Below, in pieces: positions 49,878-63,266 of a stretch of 64,000 bases of DNA. The DNA comes from Thermoanaerobaculia bacterium (GTDB lineage Bacteria > Acidobacteriota > Thermoanaerobaculia > Multivoradales > JAGPDF01), in NCBI GenBank assembly GCA_963699245.1, contig OY969426.1:469118-533117 (forward strand). The letters run 5' to 3'. The position numbers and the translations under genes are program-made. The stretch's first letter is position 1. Each line of letters opens with the position of its first letter. Under the pieces are notes generated by a model. It did no database searches, was not told the DNA's origin, and was given only the letters and a program-made list of their open reading frames with translations.

Positions 49878-50266
49878 CGGAGCTGGCCCTCCGCGCGACG
49901 CTGCACCCGCGTCGCCACCTCGAGTCCGCCCTTCTTCCAGACGTAGGCGTACCCGGCGACGATCAGGCCGAGGAAAATCTGCACCGCCCAGAAAACCTGC
50001 CACCCGGACTGGCGGATGACCGTCGCCCAGGGGTAGAGGAAGGCGGCTTCGACGTCGAAGACGACGAAATCGATGGCGATCAGGAAGAAAGCGACCGAAA
50101 GCCGCTTCCGCGAGCGGTCCAGCAGGGGCATGCCGGACTCGTAGGTCGAGAGCTTGATCCGCCCCCCGGTACGCAAGCCGGCAGCCCATGAGAGGAGGAG
50201 CAGAATGCCTCCCAGCGCCAGCGCGATTCCGAGCGAGAGCAGGACCGGAAAGTAGGTCCGTGGCAC
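49874..50266 (-). CDS. nuoA: NADH-quinone oxidoreductase subunit A
   Basis: KLSTYESG, FVVFDVEAAFLYPW, YVWKKGGL. Confidence 0.94.
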   Translation of the reverse strand: MPRTYFPVLLSLGIALALGGILLLLSWAAGLRTGGRIKLSTYESGMPLLDRSRKRLSVAFFLIAIDFVVFDVEAAFLYPWATVIRQSGWQVFWAVQIFLGLIVAGYAYVWKKGGLEVATRVQRRAEGQLR

Positions 50267-50284
50267 TCGTGAAGACTGTCACAA
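50267..50284 (-). promoter_or_regulatory. Rex operator immediately upstream of nuoA
   Basis: TCGTGAAGACTGTCACAA (minus strand TTGTGACAGTCTTCACGA) matches TTGTGAA-N4-TTCACAA at 12 of 14 positions; rex ends the same operon. Confidence 0.8.
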
Positions 50285-50343
50285 GGCTCGCGAGCATGAC
50301 AAGAGGGAGCAGGCTCCGCGGGCCCGTGCTATAAGGCTTCGCC

Positions 50344-51033
50344 GTGCCACGTGCCGACATCGTCGCCGTCATTCCGGCCTTCCAGGCGGCTCCCACCGTC
50401 GGCCAGGTGGTGACCGGATTGCGGAAGCATCTCGAGCGCGTGATCGTGATCGACGACGGCAGCTCCGACGGGACCGGCGAGACCGCGCGCGCGGCGGGGG
50501 CGACGGTCGAGCGGCTCGGGCGCAACAGCGGCAAAGGGGCGGCGCTGCGGCGGGGAATCGAGCTCGCGCTCGCCCTCGACCCCGACGCGCTGGCTCTCGT
50601 CGATGCCGACGGCCAGCACGATCCCGCCGACCTGCCGGCCTTCCTAGAGCGTTGGGACGAGAGCCGCCCCGATCTCCTCATCGGCGCGCGGCTCGCCGAC
50701 GTCGAGGCGATCCCGCCGGCCCGCTACTGGACCAACTACATCGGCTCCCGAATTCTTTCGTGGATGACCGGGCTGGAGCTCGAGGACTCGCAGAGCGGCT
50801 ATCGGCTGCTGTCGGCCGCGCTGGCTCGCCGTCTCGAGCTGAGCTCGGACGACTACGCCGTCGAGTCCGAGATGCTGATCAAGACGGCCAGGCTGCGCGC
50901 GCGCGTCGATCATGTGCGCGTCGCCACCATCTATAATGGCGCCGGCAGCCACTTCCGCCCCCTCTTCGATACCTTCCGTATCTCCTGTGCGTCGATCTAC
51001 TTCAAAGTCTTCGACGATGACGGGCTCACCTGA
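50344..51033 (+). CDS. Glycosyltransferase family 2 (DPM-synthase-like)
   Basis: VIPAFQ, IDDGSSDGT, NSGKGAAL, DADGQHDP, DSQSGYR. Confidence 0.92.
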   Translation: MPRADIVAVIPAFQAAPTVGQVVTGLRKHLERVIVIDDGSSDGTGETARAAGATVERLGRNSGKGAALRRGIELALALDPDALALVDADGQHDPADLPAFLERWDESRPDLLIGARLADVEAIPPARYWTNYIGSRILSWMTGLELEDSQSGYRLLSAALARRLELSSDDYAVESEMLIKTARLRARVDHVRVATIYNGAGSHFRPLFDTFRISCASIYFKVFDDDGLT

Positions 51034-51955
51034 CCGCGAGACGCTCGGCGGCGGAGCCGCGGGCGCGCTGCTGTCGGTCGACGTCGAGGAGTGGTACCAC
51101 AACTGCTGGGTGCCGGAGTACGTCGACCCCACCCGCCGCCCCGCGCTCACGGAAGAGCTCGACCGCTTGCTGCCCGCCCTCCTCGATCTCCTGGCCCGGA
51201 TCGGGGCTCGCGCGACTTTCTTCGTCCTCGGCGAGCTCGCCGAGCGTTGCACGCCCGCCCTGCGCGCCGCCCACGCCGCGGGGCACGAAGTCGCCTGCCA
51301 TGGCGACCTCCACCTGCGCGCCAACGATCGGTCCCCGGACGCGTTCCGCGCCGACATCCTGCGCGGCAAGGCGCGCCTCGAGCAGGCGATCGGCGAGCGG
51401 GTGGCCGGCTTCCGGGCCCCGGAGTGGTCCCTGCGCGACACGGCGAACCCGCGCCTCCGCCAAGTGGCCGAGGCCGGCTTCGTCTATGACAGCTCGCTCT
51501 CGCCCGCGCCGGGAGCCGGCGATCGCACCAATCCGCGTCAGGTCACCCGCTTGAGGTGGCGCGACGGACTCGAGCTGGTCGAGGTGCCGCCGCTGACCTG
51601 GGCCGGAGAGTGGCGGATTCCCGCCGCGGGCTGGAGCGCCCGCGTCCTGCCCCCTGCTTTCCTGGCGGCCGAAGCGGCACGGGCCGAGCGCGCCGGGCGA
51701 TGCCCCCTCTTCGTGGTCCATCCCTGGGAGCTGGTGGAGCGAGGCTGCCCGGGGGGCTTCACCGGCCTCGCCCGCTTCTTCCACGACGCGGGCCGCAAGG
51801 GCTATCGCGAGCGCTTCGAGCAGCTCCTGCGGCGCGTCCCCTGCCGGCTGACTCTTTCCGAGGCGGTGGCGGGAGCGCGCAGCGCCGCGGGCGCCGGCGT
51901 CGCGACCCGCGCCGACCTCGACGAGACCTGGGCGGCGCCCTCCGAGGTGGTATGA
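51017..51955 (+). CDS. Polysaccharide deacetylase family protein (DUF3473-type)
   Basis: [42 protein letters not shown]. Confidence 0.9.
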   Translation: MTGSPDRETLGGGAAGALLSVDVEEWYHNCWVPEYVDPTRRPALTEELDRLLPALLDLLARIGARATFFVLGELAERCTPALRAAHAAGHEVACHGDLHLRANDRSPDAFRADILRGKARLEQAIGERVAGFRAPEWSLRDTANPRLRQVAEAGFVYDSSLSPAPGAGDRTNPRQVTRLRWRDGLELVEVPPLTWAGEWRIPAAGWSARVLPPAFLAAEAARAERAGRCPLFVVHPWELVERGCPGGFTGLARFFHDAGRKGYRERFEQLLRRVPCRLTLSEAVAGARSAAGAGVATRADLDETWAAPSEVV

Positions 51956-52680
51956 GCGAGCCGCGCATCGCGCTCGTCACCGGCGCCAGCGGAGGCATCG
52001 GCGCGGCGACGGTTCGTGCTCTGGCGCGACGGGGCGAGCGGGTCGCCTTTACGTATCTCCGGCACCGCGATGCGGCCGAGGCGCTGGCCGCCGAGGTCGG
52101 CGCCCGTGCCTATCCGGTCGACCTGCGCGACCGCGCCGCGACCGCCGCTCTGCTCGAGCAGATCGGCCGCGACCTCGGTACGGTCGAGATCCTGGTGCTC
52201 AACGCGGGGACGACCCGCGACGCTCTCCTTCCGTTCCTCTCGGAGGCAGACTGGGAAGAGATCCTCGACGTCAATCTGAGCTCGGCCTTCCGGCTGACCC
52301 GCGCTCTCGTGCGCGGCATGTACGCCCGCCGGTGGGGGAGGATCGTCGCCGTAGCGAGCGCCAGCGGACTGGTCGGTCAGGTCGGCCAGACGCATTATTC
52401 CGCCGCCAAGGGAGGGCTCGTCGCGTTCTGCCGCGCTCTCGCCCGCGAAGCCGCCGGCTTCGGCGTGACGGTGAACGCCGTCGCCCCCGGTTTCGTCGCT
52501 ACCGAGCTGCTCGAGAAGCTGCCGCCGGCGAAACTCGCCGCCTATCTCGAGGGTGTCCCCGTCGGCCGCGTCGGGCGCCCCGAGGAGGTGGCGGCGGTGA
52601 TCGCCTTTCTCGCCTCGGAGGAATCGTCCTACGTCACCGGCCAGACGGTCGCGGTCGACGGCGGTCTCGTGATGCGGTGA
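51952..52680 (+). CDS. fabG: 3-oxoacyl-ACP reductase (FabG-like SDR)
   Basis: [50 protein letters not shown]. Confidence 0.85.
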   Translation: MSEPRIALVTGASGGIGAATVRALARRGERVAFTYLRHRDAAEALAAEVGARAYPVDLRDRAATAALLEQIGRDLGTVEILVLNAGTTRDALLPFLSEADWEEILDVNLSSAFRLTRALVRGMYARRWGRIVAVASASGLVGQVGQTHYSAAKGGLVAFCRALAREAAGFGVTVNAVAPGFVATELLEKLPPAKLAAYLEGVPVGRVGRPEEVAAVIAFLASEESSYVTGQTVAVDGGLVMR

Positions 52681-52712
52681 GCCGCGGGCCGCGTGTTACG
52701 ATTTCAGCCCGC

Positions 52713-53003
52713 ATGACGCAAGAGATCCACGACGCCCTTCGCCTCCGGCTCAAGCAGATCCTGGTTTCCCGGCTCAAGCTCGAGCGCACCGCCGAGTCGA
52801 TCGGCGACGCGGAGCCGCTTTTCGGTCCGGAAGGCCTCGGGCTCGATTCGATCGACGCCCTCGAGCTGGTGCTCGGGGTCGAGCAGGAGCTCGGCGTTCA
52901 GATCGGCAACGAAGAGGTCGCCACCGAGGCGCTGGCTTCGATCGAGCGGCTCGCCGACTTCCTGCAGGAGAAGTACCCCGAGCTCGTCGCGACGGTGAGC
53001 TGA
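52713..53003 (+). CDS. Acyl carrier protein
   Basis: PLFGPEGLGLDSIDALEL phosphopantetheine attachment motif. Confidence 0.9.
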   Translation: MTQEIHDALRLRLKQILVSRLKLERTAESIGDAEPLFGPEGLGLDSIDALELVLGVEQELGVQIGNEEVATEALASIERLADFLQEKYPELVATVS

Positions 53004-53377
53004 CGCTCCCGCACCGTTTTCCCTTCCGCCTGATCGATCGCGCCGACGGCCGGCGAGCGCTGCTCGCCTGGACGGCGGGCGCTTTCTGGGCGCGCGGCGC
53101 GGCGGCGCCCGGACTGGCCCTGCTGGTCGAAGCCGTCGCGCAGGGAGCGGCCCTGCTTCTCGCCGGCGACGGGCCGCAAGCCCGCGGCCGGCTCCATCTC
53201 GCCGCGATCGAGGACGCTTCGCTCGCCGACGAGCCCGCGCCCGGCGATCGGATCGTGATCGAGGTCCGCCTGCTCGCCCGTCTCGGCGGCGTGGTGCGAG
53301 TGCGCGGCGAGCTCCGCAGGGGCGAGGAGCCCTGCGGGGGAGTCACGCTGACTCTGTCCAGCGGGGGGAACGGCTGA
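53000..53377 (+). CDS. Hotdog-fold FabZ/ApeP-like dehydratase homolog; not in the ORF track; probable CTG start
   Basis: LPHRFPFRLIDR...LLVEAVAQGAA...LAAIED...PGDRIVIEV; TGA at 53375-53377; CTGA overlap with the ACP stop. Confidence 0.75.
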   Translation: MTLPHRFPFRLIDRADGRRALLAWTAGAFWARGAAAPGLALLVEAVAQGAALLLAGDGPQARGRLHLAAIEDASLADEPAPGDRIVIEVRLLARLGGVVRVRGELRRGEEPCGGVTLTLSSGGNG

Positions 53378-53386
53378 GGGAGGGGT

Positions 53387-53473
53387 TGGTGCGAAAGGGG
53401 GGACTCGAACCCCCACGGCCTTGCGACCACAAGCTCCTGAGGCTTGCGCGTCTACCAATTCCGCCACTTTCGC
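53387..53473 (-). tRNA. tRNA-Leu (anticodon CAG)
   Basis: GCGAAAGTGGCGGAATTGGTAGACGCGCAAGCCT-CAG-GAGCTTGTGGTCGCAAGGCCGTGGGGGTTCGAGTCCCCCCTTTCGCACCA; long variable arm; encoded CCA. Confidence 0.97.
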
Positions 53474-53483
53474 GGCCGGGCGC

Positions 53484-53515
53484 ATCCTACTACGGCCGGA
53501 CGCGCATCGTGTCAA
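53484..53515 (-). promoter_or_regulatory. Sigma70-type promoter for tRNA-Leu
   Basis: Minus strand TTGACA-N17-TAGTAGGAT just upstream of the tRNA 5' end. Confidence 0.55.
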
Positions 53516-53558
53516 ACGAATTCGCTTCTCTCTGCTACATTGGCGCCGGAACGAACGC

Positions 53559-54890
53559 ATGAACCGTCCAACTCCGACCGTGGCCGTCGTCGGTCGCCCC
53601 AACGTCGGCAAGTCGACGCTGTTCAACCGCCTGGTGCGGGAGCGGCGCGCGATCGTGCACGACCAGCCCGGGGTGACGCGCGATCGGCTCGTGGCTCTCG
53701 CCGACCTCGAACCCGGCCGTCCCGTGCAGTGGGTCGACACCGGCGGCCTGGTTCCCGGCGACGATGCCTCCGGCATCAACGCGCAGGTGCTGCTGGCGGT
53801 CGAGGCGTGCGACCTCGTTCTCTTCGTCGTCGACGGTACCGAGGGGTTGACGGCGGCGGACGAGCGGGTGCTCGACCAGATTCGCCCGCTCCGCCGGCCC
53901 ATCGTCCTCGTGGTCAACAAGGCCGACGTTCGTCTGGCGCGCGAGGGAGCGGGCGAATTCTGGGGTCTCGGCCTCGGCGAGCCGGCGCTCGTCTCCGCCG
54001 AGCACGGCGCCGGCATCGGCGACCTGGTCGATCGGATCGCCAAGGAGCTGCCGTTGCCCGAGGGCCAGGCGGAGCCGGCCGGCGAAGCGATCGCGGTCGC
54101 GGTGGTGGGACGCCCGAACGTCGGCAAGAGCTCGCTCGTCAACCGCATTCTCGGCGAGAGCCGATTGCTGGTGTCGCCCGTTCCCGGCACGACGCGCGAC
54201 CCGATCGATGTCCTTCTCGAGCGCCCTGAAGGGCGCTTTCTCTTCGTCGACACGGCGGGCATCCGGCGGCGCGCCAAGGTCTCGGGCGCGCCGGAAGAGC
54301 TCGCGGTGCTGCTGGCGCGGCGCCAGATCGAGCGCGCCGAGGTCGCGGTGCTGGTCATCGAGGCTCCGGCCGGCGTCACCAGCGGCGACCTCGCCATCGC
54401 GGGAGCGATCTGGGAGGCCGGGCGCGCCGCGGTCGTCGTCGTTAACAAGTGGGATCTGCTCGACGAGGCCGGGCGGGAGAAGCTCGACCGCAGCTGGCCG
54501 CGACTCGCCGAGCTGCTCGGCGATCCGCCGCGGGTCAATGTCTCCGCCACCACCGGGCGCGGCCTCGAAGGGATCTTCGAGCGCCTGCTCGTCGCGCGCC
54601 AGGCCTTCCGGCTCGAGGTGACCACCGGCGAGCTCAATCGACTCTTCGAGCAATGGATCCAGGGCCATCGCCCGCCAGCGTTCGACCACCGCCCCTGGAA
54701 GCTGATGTACGCCACCCAGGTCGGAACGGGCCCGCCGACCTTCATGCTCTTCGCCAACCGGGAGCTGCCGCTCTCCCACCCCTACCGGCGCTATCTCGAG
54801 AACCGCTTCCGGGAGCACTTCGAAGTCGGTGGCGTGCCGGTTCGCCTCGTCATCCGCCGCCGCTCGACTCGCGAGAAGCGGACGGCTTAG
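53559..54890 (+). CDS. der: Ribosome biogenesis GTPase Der (EngA)
   Basis: Two G domains: GRPNVGKSTLFNRL/PGVTRD/DTGG/NKAD and GRPNVGKSSL/GTTRD/DTAG/NKWD; KH-like C-terminus. Confidence 0.96.
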   Translation: MNRPTPTVAVVGRPNVGKSTLFNRLVRERRAIVHDQPGVTRDRLVALADLEPGRPVQWVDTGGLVPGDDASGINAQVLLAVEACDLVLFVVDGTEGLTAADERVLDQIRPLRRPIVLVVNKADVRLAREGAGEFWGLGLGEPALVSAEHGAGIGDLVDRIAKELPLPEGQAEPAGEAIAVAVVGRPNVGKSSLVNRILGESRLLVSPVPGTTRDPIDVLLERPEGRFLFVDTAGIRRRAKVSGAPEELAVLLARRQIERAEVAVLVIEAPAGVTSGDLAIAGAIWEAGRAAVVVVNKWDLLDEAGREKLDRSWPRLAELLGDPPRVNVSATTGRGLEGIFERLLVARQAFRLEVTTGELNRLFEQWIQGHRPPAFDHRPWKLMYATQVGTGPPTFMLFANRELPLSHPYRRYLENRFREHFEVGGVPVRLVIRRRSTREKRTA

Positions 54891-54901
54891 GATCGGCGCC
54901 C

Positions 54902-55330
54902 GTGAGCAAGAAGAGTTACCGCCTCGGCGATGTCTGCAAGCTGCTCGACCTGCAGCCCTACGTCCTTCGCTATTGGGCGACCGAATTCCCCCTGCTGCGC
55001 GGAGAGGAGGGCGCCGGCGCCAATCGGGCCTACTCGGAGAGCGAGCTCGCGCTGCTGCGGCGGATCAAGGGGCTGCTCTACGAGGAGGGCTACACCATCG
55101 CAGGCGCCAAGAAGAAGCTCGAGCAGGAGCCTCCCGGCCACGAGCTCGACGGCGCCGTCGCGCCGCTCTTCGCCCCGGATGCGGCCGAAGAGCACGTGGA
55201 GAACGTCGAGCGCAGCGTCGAGAAACTTGACACTCCGAACGACGAGCAGATAGAAACCTTGCGCCGCGGAGTGCAGGCGGCGCTCAAGGAGGCGCGAGCG
55301 ATCCTCGCGCGGCTTCAGCCCAGAAATTAG
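54902..55330 (+). CDS. MerR-family HTH transcriptional regulator
   Basis: YRLGDVCKLLDLQPYVLRYW.TEFP, IKGLLYEEGYTIAGAKK; followed by tRNA-Pro(GGG). Confidence 0.88.
   Translation: MSKKSYRLGDVCKLLDLQPYVLRYWATEFPLLRGEEGAGANRAYSESELALLRRIKGLLYEEGYTIAGAKKKLEQEPPGHELDGAVAPLFAPDAAEEHVENVERSVEKLDTPNDEQIETLRRGVQAALKEARAILARLQPRN
55227..55256 (+). promoter_or_regulatory. Candidate promoter for tRNA-Pro inside the MerR gene
   Basis: TTGACA-N18-TAGAAA in a locally AT-richer patch. Confidence 0.4.
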
Positions 55331-55340
55331 TCTGTCCGGT

Positions 55341-55417
55341 CGGGACGTGGCGCAGCCTGGTAGCGTACCTGAATGGGGTTCAGGGGGTCCCGGGTTCAAA
55401 TCCCGGCGTCCCGACCA
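55341..55417 (+). tRNA. tRNA-Pro (anticodon GGG)
   Basis: CGGGACGTGGCGCAGCCTGGTAGCGTACCTGAAT-GGG-GTTCAGGGGGTCCCGGGTTCAAATCCCGGCGTCCCGACCA. Confidence 0.97.
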
Positions 55418-55488
55418 TCTTCTTTCCCTCGCTTGCTGAGAACGACTCCGGAGCGGCGCTCGCCGCTTCGCGAGAGCATCGGAGAGCG

Positions 55489-56217
55489 ATGAACGCCACC
55501 CACGCCGACGCCCGCGCCCCTCGCCCCCTGGCCGTGATCAGCGGTGGCGGTTCCGGCATCGGCCGGGCGGCGGCGCTCGCCCTCGCGGCGCGTGGCTATC
55601 GGCTGGCGCTGGTCGGGCGGAAGCGGGAGACGCTCGCCGCAGTTCTCGACCAATGCGGTTCGGAGGGGCAGGTGCTCGTGGCCGACGTCCGGGACGCCGG
55701 CCGCATCTCCGAAGTCGCCGTCGAGATCGCCGATCGGCTCGGAACGCCCGCGGTCGTCGTCGCTGCGGCCGGCATCGCGCCGGTCGCGCGCTTCGAAGAG
55801 CTCTCGGCCGACGAATTCCGCGCCACCATCGAGACCAACCTGCTCGGCAGCGCGAGTCTCTTCCGCGCCTTCCTCCCCGCGATGACGCGCGCCGGCGCCG
55901 GCACCCTGGTCGCCATTCTCTCGGTCGCGGCGCGCCGCGTTTTTCCTGGCTGGTCGGCCTACGCGGCGAGCAAGTGGGGATTGCTCGGACTGGTCGAGAC
56001 GCTGCGCGAGGAGCTCGCGAGCACCGGCGTGCGCGTCCTGGCTCTGACTCCCGGCGCCACCGAGACACCGCTCTGGAACCACGTGGCGGGGGAGTGGGAT
56101 CGCACGAAGATGATTCCGGCGGAAGAGGTGGCACGGGCGCTGGTCTGGGCGCTCGACTCGGGAGCGCGGGTGCAGGTCGAGGAGATCCGGCTGCAGCCTC
56201 CGGGAGGCAACCTCTGA
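55489..56217 (+). CDS. Short-chain dehydrogenase/reductase
   Basis: VISGGGSGIG, TNLLG, YAASKWG catalytic YxxxK, PGATETPLW. Confidence 0.9.
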   Translation: MNATHADARAPRPLAVISGGGSGIGRAAALALAARGYRLALVGRKRETLAAVLDQCGSEGQVLVADVRDAGRISEVAVEIADRLGTPAVVVAAAGIAPVARFEELSADEFRATIETNLLGSASLFRAFLPAMTRAGAGTLVAILSVAARRVFPGWSAYAASKWGLLGLVETLREELASTGVRVLALTPGATETPLWNHVAGEWDRTKMIPAEEVARALVWALDSGARVQVEEIRLQPPGGNL

Positions 56218-56219
56218 CG

Positions 56220-56938
56220 ATGACGACCCGGCGCCTCTGGCCGCTGCTGGCGCTGACTCCCGTCACGCTGCTGACGCTCGCGATTCCGGGCGCCGGAAAG
56301 TGGCTCCTGCCCTTCGTCGCCCCGCTGCCGCTTTGGCCGCTCTTCTCGCGCTCGGTGCGCGCCGGCGACTTTCGCAACGCGCTCGGCGGCGGACTCGCCT
56401 GGTTCGTGCTGCTGAGCGGCTCCGTGATCGCGCTGACCGAGCTCGCGCCGGCCGCCGCCGCGGCGACGATCCTGCGCGGCGAGCCCTACCGATCGAGATG
56501 TTCGGCTGGATCACGACCGGCATCGCTCCGGAGAACGATCCGCGACAGTTCCTTCCGATTCATTTCGGCCATCTGCTGCTCTTCGCGCTGCTCAGCCTGA
56601 TCTCGGGCGGCTATCTCGGCCTGGTGCTCGGCGCCGGGCTGACCGGCTACATGAGCTACTTCGTCGGCTCCTTCGCGCGCGAGGCCGGTGCGCCTTTCGC
56701 CGGCGCGATCGTCGCCTGGGTCCCCTGGTCGGTCGTTCGCGTCGTCGCCTTCGTGGCGCTCGGCAGCGTCCTGGCGCGCCCGGCGCTGGCCGGCTGGCGC
56801 AACGCTCTCGGCAGCCGGGAGCGGCGCTGGATCCTCGCCGCGCTCGGCGGCATCGCGATCGACATCCTGACCAAGGCGTCACTGGCGCCGAGCTACGGCC
56901 TCTTCCTGCGTGGCTGGTTGGAGGCCGCAGCGCGTTGA
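56220..56938 (+). CDS. Hypothetical integral membrane protein (frameshift near 56490)
   Basis: Two consecutive hydrophobic reading segments (LWPLLALTPVTLL...; MFGWITTG...VPWSVVRVVAFVALG) ending at TGA 56938. Confidence 0.7.
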
Positions 56939-57010
56939 GTCGCGCGACGCTCGTTTGATACTCTTTTTCGCCGGCACCCAGACCGTACGTCCCGCCGGAA
57001 GTCCTAGTCC

Positions 57011-57488
57011 GTGAGTCGACTGAGACCCTACTCCTCGCTCGCTTTCAGGCGCCGGCCTGCGTGTCGGCGTCGTCGCTGCGCGCTTCAACGGCGAAATCGT
57101 CGAGCGGCTGCTCGCCGGAGCGCTCGAAGCGCTCGACACGGCGGGGGTCGGCGAGGAGGCGCGCGCCATCGTGCGGGTTCCCGGCGCCTGGGAGATCCCG
57201 CAGGCGCTCGAGGCGATGGCCCGGCAGGGAAGGTTGGACGCGCTGGTGGCGCTGGGAGCGGTGGTGCGGGGCGAGACACCGCACTTCGACCTCGTGGCGG
57301 GGGAGTGCAGCCGCGGCGCTTCCGAGGTCGCTCTCCGGCACGGCGTCCCGGTCACTTTCGGCGTGCTGACCTGCGACACCTTCGAGCAGGCGATGGCGCG
57401 CGCCGGCGGCGAAGCGGGGAACAAGGGAGCGGAAGCGGCCGCGGCCGCGATCGAGCTGGCGAGGGAACTGGCGCGCATTCGCGCCTGA
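57011..57488 (+). CDS. ribH: 6,7-dimethyl-8-ribityllumazine synthase (frameshift in the 5' part)
   Basis: ARFNGEIVERLL.GA, VPGAWEIP, LGAVVRGETPHFD, PVTFGVLT, QAMARAG...NKG.EAA. Confidence 0.93.
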
Positions 57489-57543
57489 TGTGTCGGCGGT
57501 CCGCGGCGGATCTCGCCGACGGGGCGGTGGAAGCGGAGGATCT

Positions 57544-58054
57544 TTGAAGAAGACTCAGCGGGCGCCCGGCAAGCGGCGAATGGCGCGCGAGATGGCGATC
57601 CAGATGCTCTTCCAGATCGACCTCGGCGGCTCCACGCCCGCTTCGGCCTTCGACGCCTTCGATCTCGCCGACTACCTGCGCGGCGACGAGGGGGACGAGG
57701 ATGCCCCGCTTCGCCGGCCGGTAGTCGGGGAGCGCCTCGAGGAGGCGCGTCGCGCCCTCGAGCAGGCCCGTGAGCTGGTCGAAGGGACGGTGGCGAGCGC
57801 CGGCGAGATCGACGCGCTGCTGACCTCGCAGGCCGAGAACTGGCGCCTCGAACGCATGCCGGCGGTCGACCGCAACATCCTGCGCCTCGCCGATCTACGA
57901 AATGCTGCATACGCCCGACGTGCCCAAGCTCGTCGTCCTCGACGAGGCGGTCGAGCTCGCCAAGAACTTCGGCTCCGAGAACTCCAGCCGCTTCGTCAAC
58001 GGCTTGCTCGACGGCCTGATGCGGAGTCACGACCTGCCGGGGAGGGTGCGATGA
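57544..58054 (+). CDS. nusB: Transcription antitermination factor NusB (frameshift near 57892)
   Basis: [45 protein letters not shown]...SRFVNGLLD; follows ribH. Confidence 0.93.
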
Positions 58055-59056
58055 AGGCCGCGACGGCGATCCTCGTCGCTGCCTTGGCCGGCGCCTCCGG
58101 CGCCGGCGCGAGCGGCATGATCGTCGCTGGGCGAGGCGTGGCGCGGATCTTGCCGCCAGCCGGCGCCGTGATCGAGACCTACAGCAACGCCGGCTACGAG
58201 CTCGGCTTCGTCGACGGCGCTGTCGAGGTCAAGGTCGACAACGGACCGATCGGAAGCAGCGCTCCGCTGCGGCTGCCGGAAGCGGGCGCGAACGACGCGG
58301 TGGCGCAACTCGGCCGCCGGCTCGCCGCCGGCGCGCCGACGCTCGTCGAGGGCGCCGGGCGCGTTCTCTCCTGGGTCGCGGGTCACATCCGCTACGAGCT
58401 CGATCGCGGCCAGTCCCAGGAGCCGGCGGTCGGTGCTCGAGCGGCGTTCCGCTTTCTGCACCGGCACCGCGCGTCTGACGGTGGCGCTCCTCGCCGCAGC
58501 TGGCATCGAGGCGCGTGAGGTCCCCGGCTACATCCTCGAAGACCAGCCGGGCGGGCCGAAGGCGGGCTTCCATCGCTGGGTCGAGATCCACCTGCCGGAC
58601 CGCGGCTGGGTCTTCGCCGACCCGCTCGCGTCGCACTTCTTCGTGCCGCCGACCTATCTCCGGCTCGCCGCGGAGCATGTCGAGGACGCGCCCGGCCGCG
58701 GCCTGCTGATCGCGCGGAGCGGCGGGCTCGAACAGGTCGACCTCGCGCCGCAGGCGCCCGACGGCATCGCGGTGCGCGCCAACGACGGCGCACCGATCGG
58801 CCGCGACGCTGGTCGTACGGGTCGACACGGCGGCCCCGGGCGGCGAGGCGGTTCTCGAAGGCCAGGGAGTGCGCCGCGTGGTGGCGCTCGCCGGGGGAAG
58901 CGCACGCTTCCTCGGCCTGGAGACCGGGCACTACGAGCTGAAGGTGAGCTCGGCGGGACGGCTGGCGGCATGGAAGGCGGTCGTCTTCCGCGCGCCGGTG
59001 CTGGCCGAGCTGGTGATACCGGGCGGCCTGGCGGCGGCCCGGAGCGGGAGTTCGCG

Positions 59057-59060
<4 letters not shown>
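58051..59060 (+). CDS. Exported transglutaminase-like domain protein (frameshifted)
   Basis: Signal peptide [13 protein letters not shown]; [44 protein letters not shown] (Cys-His-Asp triad). Confidence 0.8.
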
Positions 59061-63249
<4,189 letters not shown>

Positions 63250-63266
63250 CGTCCGGAGATCCCGCT

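Noticed and set aside
50344-55488. Genomic island integrated at tRNA-Leu or tRNA-Pro
   Set aside because: No integrase, no duplicated tRNA 3' end and no compositional shift seen.
56939-57010. FMN riboswitch upstream of ribH
   Set aside because: Too short and lacks the RFN consensus; it looks like a plain promoter (TG-a-TACTCT).
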